NCBI GenBank assembly: GCA_965213925.1
Contig: OZ243927.1
Location: 4,128,001 to 4,192,000 of the forward strand
Reading direction: 5' to 3'
DNA length: 64,000 nt
Source: Trueperaceae bacterium
Lineage (GTDB): Bacteria > Deinococcota > Deinococci > Deinococcales > Trueperaceae
The notes under the pieces were generated by a model. It did no database searches. It saw only the letters and a program-made list of their open reading frames with translations, and was not told the origin of the DNA. Shown here piece by piece: positions 49,307 to 58,750 of this stretch (within the stretch, counting starts at the first letter, position 1; every line of letters starts with the position of its first letter). The position numbers and the translations under genes were made by a program.

Positions 49307-51016
49307 TCAACTCGAGGTTAGCAGACCTCTGGGGGTGCGGCGAGCCCCGAATTTCGCCGTCTTCCCCTTGTAGTACCGCCTATCTCGGAGCAGGTCGGCC
49401 GCTTCTCTCAGCGTCTGGACCTCTTCTTGGTGCAGGCCGAGCAACCCTTTCAAAACAACCTCATCCGCCACCTCTCTCGCTCTTTTGACCTGTTCGCCTC
49501 GCAACAGTGTATCCACCTCTTGAAAAGCTGCCTCAAATGAGTCGGTTCGTTCAGGATGGGCGACGAGGACGCTTCTGGCTTCACTGGGCTCGAGCTTGAG
49601 CATTCCCCCGCCGAGCGCGTGACCCTCGAGTTCGGCGCTTAGAGAGGTCAAAGAGGTTTGCCAGAGAAGGGCGAGGTCTCGAGCCGAAAGTGAGGTCTGC
49701 GGGCGTAGCCGGACGACGTGGAGGCTGTTTGGTGCAGCCGCGCCCGCATCATTAACGACGAGCGAGGGTCTTAGTCCGCTCATGTAAGTTAGAAAGGCGT
49801 TAGGCTTGTACACGTGAGGAACGTGATACCAAGGTGAGCGAACGCGGCATTTATAGGCTTGGTGGACGCCCCTAGCTTCTCCCTCTGAGATATAAGCGTT
49901 GACTGGCTCGGGAAGACGCTTTTTTGGAAACACGTTGAAAAGATAGCCTGCTTCACCAACCTCTTTGGCTTCGGTCCAATCAGACTTTGAGAAGTGCAAA
50001 CCGCTGAGAGCGCGTCCCCTGTAAACCGTAGGTGCGAGGTAGTGATGCGTGATACCTCTCGCTTTTACCTCTTCTTGACTCAGGTGAAAAAAGCGGTTTG
50101 CCCCAGTGACATAGCCTATTCCTACCTCTGCAAGCTCACCGAGGCGTCTAGTTTGCTCGCTTTGCACAAGGTGTTCACATAAATCCCTTGCTTCCTTAGA
50201 AATCCAGTACGAGGCGAGAGTGCGGCGTCCGCTTATGATAACTTCGGCATCTATTTCTTCAGCGTGCGTGAGGTTTTGCGTAGCGCTAGACTCGAGGTCA
50301 GCTACGCTCGTTAAATCTCTTAGGAACAACCTACCCGGCTCGCCCTTGCCTCCAGCCAAAAGCAGCAGTGTGTCTTGGCTCAATTCTGGAAAGAGGCGTT
50401 CTTGGAAGGTTAATAATGTCGTACGTTCGAAATTCTCTACCAGATAATTCAAGACGGGTCTCGCATAAGCAGCGTGACCAAGCTCAGTCGGAATCACTAT
50501 CGCAAGACGCCCGCCCCGTCTAAGAAACGCGCAGCTGTGAATGAGGAAAGGAGCCCAAGAGCTGACAAGTTTACTGAGCTTAACGCCTTGTTCCGCTGCT
50601 TTAAGGAGCGCGAGTTGGCGGTCCTCACCGCTGAAGCTTTGGTAGCGGATAAAGGGGGGATTGCCGACAACAGCGTCAAGCGGCTTCAAACGTTTCTTGT
50701 CTACTTTGAAGAAGTCCGAGCGGATGAGGTTCTTTATCTTGACACCGTAGAGAAGAGAAAGTTCGTAAGCTATCTGTTCGTGAGCCTGTTTGTCGATTTC
50801 GACGCCGTGAATTTGATGCGAATCTCCGCCGAGAGCTGTCAAGCGTTGGAGGGTGGACTCGAGAAAAACCCCGCCCCCGAAGCTGGGGTCTAAAACGGTA
50901 TCTGAAGGGGTGCGAACCGCCCACCTAACGAGGAAGTCTGCAATTCTGCGATCTGTGTAGTAGGCACCAAACGCTTTAGCGCGTTCACCTGTCGGTGCGG
51001 TCCGAATGTCACTCAC
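49307..51016 (-). CDS. Orphan N6-adenine DNA methyltransferase, gamma class, MamA (Rv3263)-like
   Basis: GAYYT, VLDPSFGGGVFL (motif I), GNPPFIRY (motif IV), GGRLAIVIP.EL...YA, VG.VTG.N.FF, GEA.GVH..YKC..R.PW, AELEG...GGG.LKLEP.EA, LRDRR. No endonuclease adjacent. Confidence 0.9.
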   Translation of the reverse strand: MSDIRTAPTGERAKAFGAYYTDRRIADFLVRWAVRTPSDTVLDPSFGGGVFLESTLQRLTALGGDSHQIHGVEIDKQAHEQIAYELSLLYGVKIKNLIRSDFFKVDKKRLKPLDAVVGNPPFIRYQSFSGEDRQLALLKAAEQGVKLSKLVSSWAPFLIHSCAFLRRGGRLAIVIPTELGHAAYARPVLNYLVENFERTTLLTFQERLFPELSQDTLLLLAGGKGEPGRLFLRDLTSVADLESSATQNLTHAEEIDAEVIISGRRTLASYWISKEARDLCEHLVQSEQTRRLGELAEVGIGYVTGANRFFHLSQEEVKARGITHHYLAPTVYRGRALSGLHFSKSDWTEAKEVGEAGYLFNVFPKKRLPEPVNAYISEGEARGVHQAYKCRVRSPWYHVPHVYKPNAFLTYMSGLRPSLVVNDAGAAAPNSLHVVRLRPQTSLSARDLALLWQTSLTSLSAELEGHALGGGMLKLEPSEARSVLVAHPERTDSFEAAFQEVDTLLRGEQVKRAREVADEVVLKGLLGLHQEEVQTLREAADLLRDRRYYKGKTAKFGARRTPRGLLTSS

Positions 51017-51193
51017 TAGGCTGAGTCTACCAGGTCTGTGAAGGTTGGAAAGGGGGCTCGAGCCTCACTACCAAAGACGGCGCGACATGAAGAATTTGAC
51101 ACATTTTCCCATTCGCGTGATGACGCTCACATCTTTCTAATAAACGTTAAAGTTTCAACTGGGCTCGAGCCTACAGTGTGGCGTTATAGGGGT

Positions 51194-52570
51194 ATGTCAG
51201 AGACCCCCTCACGCCGCGACGTCTTGCGTTTACTCGCAAGTGTCGGTGCGGGCGCAGTTCTCGCGGGTTGCGCCCCCGAAGCGAAAGCGAAAACTGCGCC
51301 TCCTCCGCGCAAAGCCCCTACGGGCTCACCCAACATCATCTTCATCCTCGTGGACGACTTGGGCGAGCACGAGCTGTCTTGCGCGGGCAACACCTTCAAC
51401 GAGACGCCGCACATCGACGCGTTGGCACGGGGCGGCATGACCTTCTCGCAAGCCTACGCCGCCGCGCCCGTCTGCTCGCCGACGCGGGCAGCGCTGATGA
51501 CGGGTCTCGCGCCCGCTCGTACGGGCATCACCGACTTCTTAAAAGAGGACGACGAGAAGTATTTAGACCCTAAGCACCTCACGCTCAACGAAGCCTTAAA
51601 GTCGGCGGGTTACGCGACGGGCATGGTGGGCAAGTGGCACCTCACGGGCGACTACGACAAGAAGCGCGGCGAGCCCTCCAAACACGGTTGGGATGAGGTG
51701 CACCTCTCTGAAACGCGCTACATCGCGCACGGCGACTACTTTGCGCCTTACGACTTCATGCCGGAGGTCAGAGCGCCCGAGGGCGAACACTTGACCGACG
51801 CCTTGCACCGTGAAGCGCTCAGCTTTATCGAGCGGCATCAAAACGAGCCCTTCTTCTTGTACCTCTCACACTACGCGGTCCACACGCTCTTGGAGGGCAA
51901 GCCCGAAAAAGTCGCGAAGTATAAGCGCAAGCGTGGCGCGAGAAAGCACAAGCCGCACCTCGCTGCGATGCTAGAAAGTATCGACGAAGGCGTCGGGCAG
52001 ATTATGCAGACGCTTAAAAGCACTGGGCTCTTAGATAACACGCTCGTCGTCTTTACCTCGGACAACGGCGGCGATCACCTCACGATGTCGCCCTCAGACT
52101 CGCGCGGCGCGAAGTCGCACCTCTACGAAGCGGGCATCCGCGTGCCTTTGATCGCGCATTGGCCCGCGCAGATTACGCCGGGAGCGCGCTCGGACGTGGC
52201 GACGACGACGATGGACTTTTACCCGACCTTTACGGAACTGTCTTCTGCTACGGAGGTGCCGCGCTCGCTCGACGGCTCGAGCCTCCTCCCGCTCTTCAGG
52301 GGCGAAACCCCTGAGCGCAGCGCCCTCTACTGGCACTACCCGCGCAGCCGCCCCCACCCGGACGGCGGACGCTCCTCGGGCGCGATCCGCAAGGGCGAGT
52401 ATAAGCTCGTCGAGTTTTTTGACACGGGCGAGGTGGAGCTTTACAACCTCAGCGGCGACGCAGGCGAAACGTACAACCTGGCAACCGTCCAGCCCGAAAA
52501 AGTCCTGGAACTCAAGGCGCAACTGAACGGCTGGCGAGCAGGTGTAGGTGCAGGGACTGTCGCGACGTAA
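51194..52570 (+). CDS. Formylglycine-dependent sulfatase, Tat-exported lipoprotein
   Basis: SRRDVL Tat motif, LAGC lipobox, PNIIFILVDDLG, CSPTR, GKWHL, FTSDNG. Confidence 0.93.
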   Translation: MSETPSRRDVLRLLASVGAGAVLAGCAPEAKAKTAPPPRKAPTGSPNIIFILVDDLGEHELSCAGNTFNETPHIDALARGGMTFSQAYAAAPVCSPTRAALMTGLAPARTGITDFLKEDDEKYLDPKHLTLNEALKSAGYATGMVGKWHLTGDYDKKRGEPSKHGWDEVHLSETRYIAHGDYFAPYDFMPEVRAPEGEHLTDALHREALSFIERHQNEPFFLYLSHYAVHTLLEGKPEKVAKYKRKRGARKHKPHLAAMLESIDEGVGQIMQTLKSTGLLDNTLVVFTSDNGGDHLTMSPSDSRGAKSHLYEAGIRVPLIAHWPAQITPGARSDVATTTMDFYPTFTELSSATEVPRSLDGSSLLPLFRGETPERSALYWHYPRSRPHPDGGRSSGAIRKGEYKLVEFFDTGEVELYNLSGDAGETYNLATVQPEKVLELKAQLNGWRAGVGAGTVAT

Positions 52571-52574
52571 GTAG

Positions 52575-53669
52575 ATGACTTACATCCTTTCCGTCAAACT
52601 TCTCTTAGGTGCTTTGCTCACTCTCGCCGTACTTACAGGTTGTCAATCGTCCGTTCCGCAGGGGGAGACCGTGTTTACCTGGCACAACCCTATTCGCCAA
52701 GGACCCGACTGGATTCGCGACCCGACGATTTTGAACGTCGAGGGCACCTACTACATGACGGGCACGTACATGAAAGAGGGGATTTCTGAAACGGACCCCG
52801 AAGCGTGGCCCGGCATCAAACTCTGGTCCTCTGCTGACCTGAAGCGGTGGCGGGAGGTGCCCGGCTTTTTGGTGCGCAACGCGCAGTTCACCTGGGCGGA
52901 TACGCTCCTCTGGGCTCCCGAAATCTTCGCGCATGAGGGCAAGTTTTACCTGACCTTTTCGGCGCAAGATACGAGCGGTGCGTGCGACAAGCAGAGCCTC
53001 GCGGTAGCCGTCGCGGAGACCGTCACCGGACCTTATGAAGTGCTGACGCCTGACGCGCCTCTACTCTGCGGCAACGACACGAGCCTCTTTGCGGACGACG
53101 GGCGTGTCTACGCCTTGCAGACGGGCATCACCGTAACGGAGATCAGCTTAGAGCCGCTAGTGGTTATCGGCGAGCAAACCCAGGTCATTGTGGATTCCGA
53201 AACGCCCGGCGACTGGGACAGCGCCATCAATGAAGGACCGTTTATGGTTAAAAGGGACGGCACCTATTACCTCTTTTGGTCTGGAACGGCGAGAGGGTAC
53301 GAAGTCGGCTACGCTACCGCCGAACACGTGCAAGGACCGTACACGAAGTACGAGAATAACCCGGTTTATGGCGCGTGCCGCGCTGAGTTTGAGAAAGCGT
53401 GCGCTCAGTCCGCCGATAATCCTTTCCGCGAGGTCGGACACGGCAACCCCTTCACCGGACCGGACGGAGCGCTGTGGCTCTCGTCGCACGGCATCGGGGG
53501 CGGGCGGAGGCACGAAAAGCCGAAGCTTGTCCTCGATCCGCTCCATTTCGACGAGGCGACAAAACAGTTTTCAGGTGAGGTCAGCTACGTTCCACGTGCG
53601 GTTACACTTCCTCAGAATCCTATCGACGACATCCCTACCCCAACACGAGTCGCATCAACCACACCGTAA
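52575..53669 (+). CDS. Glycoside hydrolase family 43 lipoprotein
   Basis: LTGC lipobox, NPI....DP, WAPEI, D.SLF.DDG, NEGP...K..G.YYL.WS, GHG. Confidence 0.88.
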   Translation: MTYILSVKLLLGALLTLAVLTGCQSSVPQGETVFTWHNPIRQGPDWIRDPTILNVEGTYYMTGTYMKEGISETDPEAWPGIKLWSSADLKRWREVPGFLVRNAQFTWADTLLWAPEIFAHEGKFYLTFSAQDTSGACDKQSLAVAVAETVTGPYEVLTPDAPLLCGNDTSLFADDGRVYALQTGITVTEISLEPLVVIGEQTQVIVDSETPGDWDSAINEGPFMVKRDGTYYLFWSGTARGYEVGYATAEHVQGPYTKYENNPVYGACRAEFEKACAQSADNPFREVGHGNPFTGPDGALWLSSHGIGGGRRHEKPKLVLDPLHFDEATKQFSGEVSYVPRAVTLPQNPIDDIPTPTRVASTTP

Positions 53670-54291
53670 TGGCGTTGATGAAGCCGAAAACTTGGTCATC
53701 AAAAAAGACGACGAGCGCGATCACGATAAAGAAGCCGTAGCGCTCCAACTGCCACATCGCGCGCTGCCAACTCGCGGGCGCAAAGGCTTGAAGCACTTTC
53801 GAGCCGTCGAGGGGCGGAATAGGAAAGAGGTTAAAAACCGCTAAGAGGATATTGATCTGAGCAGCGAAGAAGAGCCCGTAGGCTAAGGGGTTCGTCAGGG
53901 TGCCGTTCTGCGGAAAAATCTGCTGAACGTTGTTCAGGTTGACGCCCAGCGCCCGGAGCGTGAAGAGGCAGAGCAAAGCGATGAGCACGTTGATAACCAC
54001 GCCCGCAATAGAGACCAGAAACATCCCCACGCGGTAGTTTTTGAAGTTGTCCGGGCGGATCGGTACGGGCTTCGCCCAGCCGAAGCCGACGACTAAGATG
54101 AGCAGCGTGCCGACAGGGTCTAGGTGTTTAAGCGGATTGAGCGTGACGCGCCCTAAGTTGCGCGCGGTCTTGTCGCCGACTCTATCCGCGACCCAAGCGT
54201 GACCGAGTTCGTGGAGCGCTAAGCTGTAGAGCAAGATCACCGCGATGATGGCGAAGACGAGCGGGGCGCTCTGGAGAAGACCTAGCAGCAT
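53635..54291 (-). CDS. Site-2 protease (M50), active-type
   Basis: HELGH, GR.TLNPL.HLD..G, GWAKPVP, FNLFPIPPLDGS. Confidence 0.93.
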   Translation of the reverse strand: MLLGLLQSAPLVFAIIAVILLYSLALHELGHAWVADRVGDKTARNLGRVTLNPLKHLDPVGTLLILVVGFGWAKPVPIRPDNFKNYRVGMFLVSIAGVVINVLIALLCLFTLRALGVNLNNVQQIFPQNGTLTNPLAYGLFFAAQINILLAVFNLFPIPPLDGSKVLQAFAPASWQRAMWQLERYGFFIVIALVVFFDDQVFGFINAITVWLMRLVLG

Positions 54292-54302
54292 CGAGTCAGC
54301 GT

Positions 54303-54947
54303 TTAGAGGCCAGGAATGAGGCTCACAAGGCGGAGGATACCCGCTTGGAAGAGCGCTTGCAAGCCGCCTAAGATGCCCGTGTAGCTGAGCAGCAAAAAGA
54401 TCACGATAAAGCCGATAAAACCGTACGAAGCGATCTGCTGAACCACGCGGCGCACGTCTGCGTTACCCCAAGCGAGGGCAGCCTTTGCGCCGTCTAGGGG
54501 AAAGACCGGAAAGAGGTTGATCACGGCGTGGATGATGGCGGTGGAGGAGGCTAAGATAAACGACCGCGCCAAAATCGTGCTGCCTAAAGCCGCGATAATA
54601 GCCGCGAGGAGCGTCGCGGCGAACGCGACGATGAGGTACGCCACCGGACCGCTGTACCAAACGATCGCCTCTTGCTGACCGCGCCCTTTATAGTTGCGGC
54701 TGTTCGTCGGGATAGCTTTAGGCCAGCCGAAGCCCAGCAAAAAGAGGAAAACGACGCCGATAGGTTCTAGGTGCTGCTGCAAGTCGAAGCTCAAAAAGCC
54801 TGCGAAGCGGGGGCTCGAGTCGCCGTAACGCGACGCTATCCACGCCTGAAAGTAGTTGTGAAATACGAAAGCGAAGATCATAACGATCGCCACGATGATG
54901 AGGTCGTTGGCGCTGTAGGTGCCGCGTAGTAAATAGTCGAGAATCAT
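54303..54947 (-). CDS. Site-2 protease homolog with degenerate active site
   Basis: HNYFQ in place of HExxH; retains GW.K.IP and NLFP.FPLDG. Confidence 0.8.
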   Translation of the reverse strand: MILDYLLRGTYSANDLIIVAIVMIFAFVFHNYFQAWIASRYGDSSPRFAGFLSFDLQQHLEPIGVVFLFLLGFGWPKAIPTNSRNYKGRGQQEAIVWYSGPVAYLIVAFAATLLAAIIAALGSTILARSFILASSTAIIHAVINLFPVFPLDGAKAALAWGNADVRRVVQQIASYGFIGFIVIFLLLSYTGILGGLQALFQAGILRLVSLIPGL

Positions 54948-56203
54948 AGGGTCTCCTGGTCGTCGTTCGTAGCGCGGAGGCGCTGCTCGACAAGTGCTTT
55001 GGCGAAATCTCGCTCCGCTTGAAAAGAATGGAGGCGTCCGTCGGCTCGCGCTCTGGCTACTTCTAAGAGCACTTTACCAACCGCCGGACCCTCGGGTAAG
55101 CCCAACTCTAACACGTCTTTGCCGCTCAGCTTAGGGCGTCTAGCGAGGTTCTCTAAACGCTCTAAATGCCCCTTCAGCTCAGGGTGCCGCGCCCTGAGCG
55201 CGGCGCTGACTGCGGGGTCCAAAGCGCGCTCGTCTAACCCGTCTCGCCCCGCATCTAAAAGCGCGCGCCGTTTCAGAAGCTGCTTAGACCAGCCGAACGT
55301 GGCGGCGTGCGCCGCGAGGTTATCTTCGCGCACGCCCGTTAAGAGGAGGAGAAGATAGCTTTCGTCCGGTACGCCCTCTACGCGCCGCCGCTCATCCAGA
55401 CGCTCCAACTGCTCTAAGTGCGCAGCGCCGAGATGAAACCCGAACATCTGGGCGAGGACGCCGTAACGCGCCATTATTTCCAACGCCGGCGCGACCTGCG
55501 GCTCGGCGAGCGTGAGCAAGAGTTCGTTTTTGAGGCGTGCGGCGCTTACCGTGTGCGCGGCTCCTGCGGCTAGCGCGGAGGTCAGTTCCTCAGCCGTGTC
55601 AGGGTGAAAGGAGAAGCCTAAGCGCCCCGCGAGCCGCGCCCCGCGCACAATGCGTGTAGGGTCGTCGGTGAACGAATTCGGGTGGAGGGTACGAAGCTGC
55701 CTGTGTTTTAGGTCTTGTGCGCCGCCGAAGAGGTCGATGAGAACAGGCGTAGAGACGCGCACGGCGAGCGCGTTGAGCGTGAAGTCGCGCCGGAAGAGGT
55801 CCCTGTCCAAGGTGCTCCGCTTAACCACGGGCAGTGAGCCGGGAAAAGGGTAGATTTCTTCTCTCGCCGTCGCAATATCGACCTCTAAGTTCGGTAGGCT
55901 AAGCGTGCAGGTCATAAACGTTTCGTGACAGGTGAGAGAGCCGCCGAAGACCGCTTGGAGCGTCTCGCCCAACGCTCGCGCATGTCCCTCGGTGACGAGG
56001 TCTAAGTCTCGAGCCGCCGGTATCTCCTCGGAGGCGTGAAGCGAGAGGGAGGCGTGAAGCGAGAGGAGCGCGTCGCGCACGTTGCCGCCTACGAGATAAA
56101 GAGGGTTCTGCAAAGATGCGGCGCGCTGCAAGACGTTCGCCGCATCAGGGGACAGATGCTCGAGAATAGCTCGAGCCTCGAGGCTGTTTACGCGCGCACT
56201 CAT
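54944..56203 (-). CDS. Class II tRNA nucleotidyltransferase (CCA- or A-adding)
   Basis: LVGGNVRD, DLDLV, TAREE.Y..PG.LP.V, DL.RRDFT.NA, SF.DDPTRI.RG.R. Confidence 0.9.
   Translation of the reverse strand: MSARVNSLEARAILEHLSPDAANVLQRAASLQNPLYLVGGNVRDALLSLHASLSLHASEEIPAARDLDLVTEGHARALGETLQAVFGGSLTCHETFMTCTLSLPNLEVDIATAREEIYPFPGSLPVVKRSTLDRDLFRRDFTLNALAVRVSTPVLIDLFGGAQDLKHRQLRTLHPNSFTDDPTRIVRGARLAGRLGFSFHPDTAEELTSALAAGAAHTVSAARLKNELLLTLAEPQVAPALEIMARYGVLAQMFGFHLGAAHLEQLERLDERRRVEGVPDESYLLLLLTGVREDNLAAHAATFGWSKQLLKRRALLDAGRDGLDERALDPAVSAALRARHPELKGHLERLENLARRPKLSGKDVLELGLPEGPAVGKVLLEVARARADGRLHSFQAERDFAKALVEQRLRATNDDQETL
56030..56065. repeat. Perfect 18-bp tandem duplication inside the nucleotidyltransferase
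   Basis: GGAGGCGTGAAGCGAGAG x2, encoding LSLHAS LSLHAS. Confidence 0.9.
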
Positions 56204-56317
56204 ACGCCCAGTTTACCTAGCGGGTCCAAGCGGATAAAGTCGCGGGGTGTAAGATGTCTCACTTTGCGTCCACTAAGCCTATGAAATGGTGAACAGGTCT
56301 TTGAAAAGGGGGGCACG

Positions 56318-57070
56318 ATGAAAGTAACGTTTGGACTTGTACTCGCACTGCTGCTCGTCTCGGTCTCTGCTCAGAAAGCCGAGTGGAGCTACCGGGGTGA
56401 AGATGGACCGCAGAATTGGGGCGAGCTTGACGAAGCGTACGCGCTTTGCGCGGTCGGGCAAGCGCAGTCACCTATCGACATCAGCGCAGATGCTGTTACC
56501 GAAGAGAACATAGCCGACCTTCAAATCAGCTATGAAGATTCGCTCCTAGATATCGTCAACAACGGTCACACGGTCGAAGTGAAGTACGAGCCGGGCAGCA
56601 CCATCACGCTGGACGACACGCGCTACGACCTCCTACAGTTTCACTTTCACACGCCGAGCGAACACGCGCTCGGCGGCGACCTAGCCGAGGCGGAGATTCA
56701 CCTCGTCCACAGCAACCCTAACGCCGAAGGGGACTTGGCGGTCATCGGCATCCTCGTGCAAGAGGGCGCAGAGAACGAGGCGCTGCGCGAGGTGCTAGCC
56801 AACGCGCCGGAGGAAGAGGGAGAAGAGACGGTGCTAGAACTCGTCGAAGCCGAAGCCCTCCTACCCGAAAGCCGCCTCACCTACCGCTATAGCGGCTCAC
56901 TCACCACGCCGCCCTGCAGCCAAGGCGTCGCGTGGAGCGTGATGATCGAACCCGTCACCATGTCGGCTGAGCAGATCGAAACGCTTTCTAACCTCATCGG
57001 CGAGAGCAACCGCCCCGTACAACCTTTGAATGACCGCACCGTTAGACAAGACACGCAAAGCGGAAACTAG
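56318..57070 (+). CDS. Alpha-class carbonic anhydrase, secreted
   Basis: Signal peptide, WSY.G..GP..W, QSPIDI, NNGHT, QFHFH.PSEH, E.HLVH, GSLTTPPC, NRPVQPLN.R. Confidence 0.95.
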   Translation: MKVTFGLVLALLLVSVSAQKAEWSYRGEDGPQNWGELDEAYALCAVGQAQSPIDISADAVTEENIADLQISYEDSLLDIVNNGHTVEVKYEPGSTITLDDTRYDLLQFHFHTPSEHALGGDLAEAEIHLVHSNPNAEGDLAVIGILVQEGAENEALREVLANAPEEEGEETVLELVEAEALLPESRLTYRYSGSLTTPPCSQGVAWSVMIEPVTMSAEQIETLSNLIGESNRPVQPLNDRTVRQDTQSGN

Positions 57071-57079
57071 CGTAACGCA

Positions 57080-57541
57080 GTGGTTCACGTCGCCCTCTTC
57101 GAACCCGAAATCGCGGGCAACGCCGGCAACGTCGCCCGCTCCGCTCTGGCGGTCGGCGCGACGCTCCACCTCATTCGCCCGCTAGGATTTCGCATCAGCG
57201 ACGAGGCGATTCGCCGCGCCGGGATGGACTACTGGTTCGAAGCGGACATCACGCTGCACGCCTCTTTCTCCGCCTTTCGGGACGTGTTCGCGACCTCTTT
57301 CGAAGAGAACCGCGTTTTTTCTTTCACGACCAAAGCGACGCAGCCCTACACCGATGTTACGTATAGAACGGGCGACGTCCTCCTCTTCGGACCAGAGTCT
57401 AGGGGACTGCCCGAGGTGGTGAGGGGGCAGACGGCGCAAGTTCGCATCCCGATGCGGCAAGCGGCGCGCTCCTTGAATCTCAGCGTGAGCGTCGGCGTGG
57501 CGCTTTATGAGGCGTGGCGGCAGATAGGGTTTGGTACGTAG
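57080..57541 (+). CDS. trmL: tRNA (cytidine(34)-2'-O)-methyltransferase, SPOUT
   Basis: L.EPEI..N.GN.AR, LHLI.PLGF, RRAG.DYW, FGPESRGLP, RIPM...RSLNLS. Confidence 0.93.
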   Translation: MVHVALFEPEIAGNAGNVARSALAVGATLHLIRPLGFRISDEAIRRAGMDYWFEADITLHASFSAFRDVFATSFEENRVFSFTTKATQPYTDVTYRTGDVLLFGPESRGLPEVVRGQTAQVRIPMRQAARSLNLSVSVGVALYEAWRQIGFGT

Positions 57542-57546
57542 AACGG

Positions 57547-57573
57547 GGCAAGGGGTTGTGGCCCTTTGCCCCG
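57547..57573. terminator. Hairpin between convergent trmL and M42 genes
   Basis: GGGGCAAGGGG...CCCTTTGCCCC. Confidence 0.5.
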
Positions 57574-57582
57574 GCTGGATAG

Positions 57583-58650
57583 TTACGGCTGCACAAACGC
57601 CGTCTCGCCATCCAATCCCTCAACGAATTTAGCCAGAAGCTTGATCACGTTTTCCAAATCTTCCGGGTCGATCATCTCGTTGGGCGAGTGCATGTAGCGG
57701 TTGGGGATGGAGACGACGGCGGTCGGCACACCGCCCCGGTTTTTGGCGAGGTCGTCAGCGTCGGTGCCGGTACCGCGCGGCGAGATGCCGATGCTGTACG
57801 AGATGTTTTCGCGCTCGGCGGTCGCCCTAAGCATCTCCAACACGCCCCGGTGTACGTACGAGCCCACGGTGAGTTCAGGACCTGAGCCGAACGAGGTCTC
57901 GCCCTCTTGCTTCTTGTTGACGTTCGGGATGTCGGTGGCGTGGGTTACGTCGATAGCGATGGCGACGTCGGGTTGCACAGCGTTCGAGGCGACGTACGCG
58001 CCGATGCCGCCTATTTCCTCTTGGACGGTGGCCACAGCGACGACTTCTGCACCTGACTCGCCCTTCGTTTCTGCGGCGCGGCGGGCTGCCTCTAAAACGA
58101 TAAACGCCCCTATCCGGTTGTCAATCGCCTTGGAGACGATGCGTCCGTTGAGGAGTTCTAAGACGGGCTGCTCGATGACCGCGAAGTCGCCCGCTCTGAC
58201 ATGCTCTTTCGCCTCGTCGCCGTCTTTCGCGCCGATGTCGATCCACATATCCTCTAGTTTCGAGACCTTGCGCCTATCGTCCGCGCTCATGAGGTGAATA
58301 GGTTTTTTACCGATCACGCCCAAAAGCTCGCCCTTATAGCCCACCACGCGCACGCGCTGACCCACGAGCTGCTGCGAGTCCCAGCCGCCCACGCCCTTGA
58401 AGTAGAGCCGACCCTCGTCGTCGATATAGGTAATCAGAAGTCCAATCTCGTCCACGTGACCCGCTAGGAGAACCTTGGGCGAGCCGCCCTTGCCGAAGGT
58501 CGCAAAGGTGTTGCCGTACGAGTCGGTATGTACTTCTGCGCCGCGCTCACTTGCCGCTTCGCGCCACACGGCGGCGGGTTTCGATTCGAAGGAACTGGTG
58601 CCAGGGGCGGCGAGGAGGGCTTTGAGAAAATCTTTGTCGGTGTCGTCCAT
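57583..58650 (-). CDS. M42 family aminopeptidase
   Basis: GHVDEIG, GGWD, KA.DNR.G, TVQEEIG, DVTHA, GTDAD, P.RYMHSP.E. Start set at ATG 58650 after TACATT. Confidence 0.93.
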   Translation of the reverse strand: MDDTDKDFLKALLAAPGTSSFESKPAAVWREAASERGAEVHTDSYGNTFATFGKGGSPKVLLAGHVDEIGLLITYIDDEGRLYFKGVGGWDSQQLVGQRVRVVGYKGELLGVIGKKPIHLMSADDRRKVSKLEDMWIDIGAKDGDEAKEHVRAGDFAVIEQPVLELLNGRIVSKAIDNRIGAFIVLEAARRAAETKGESGAEVVAVATVQEEIGGIGAYVASNAVQPDVAIAIDVTHATDIPNVNKKQEGETSFGSGPELTVGSYVHRGVLEMLRATAERENISYSIGISPRGTGTDADDLAKNRGGVPTAVVSIPNRYMHSPNEMIDPEDLENVIKLLAKFVEGLDGETAFVQP

Positions 58651-58750
58651 TAGCAAAATGTACCACGCATATGTGGTCAGCAACGCTGTTCTAAACCCCT
58701 TGCGGCGAACTATGAAGAGAGTGAGCTAAGCGCTTGCGGTCTCCCAAAAC

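Noticed and set aside
48541..52570. Complete type II R-M system around the methyltransferase
   Set aside because: The neighbours are a histidine phosphatase and a sulfatase, and there is no room for a nuclease ORF.
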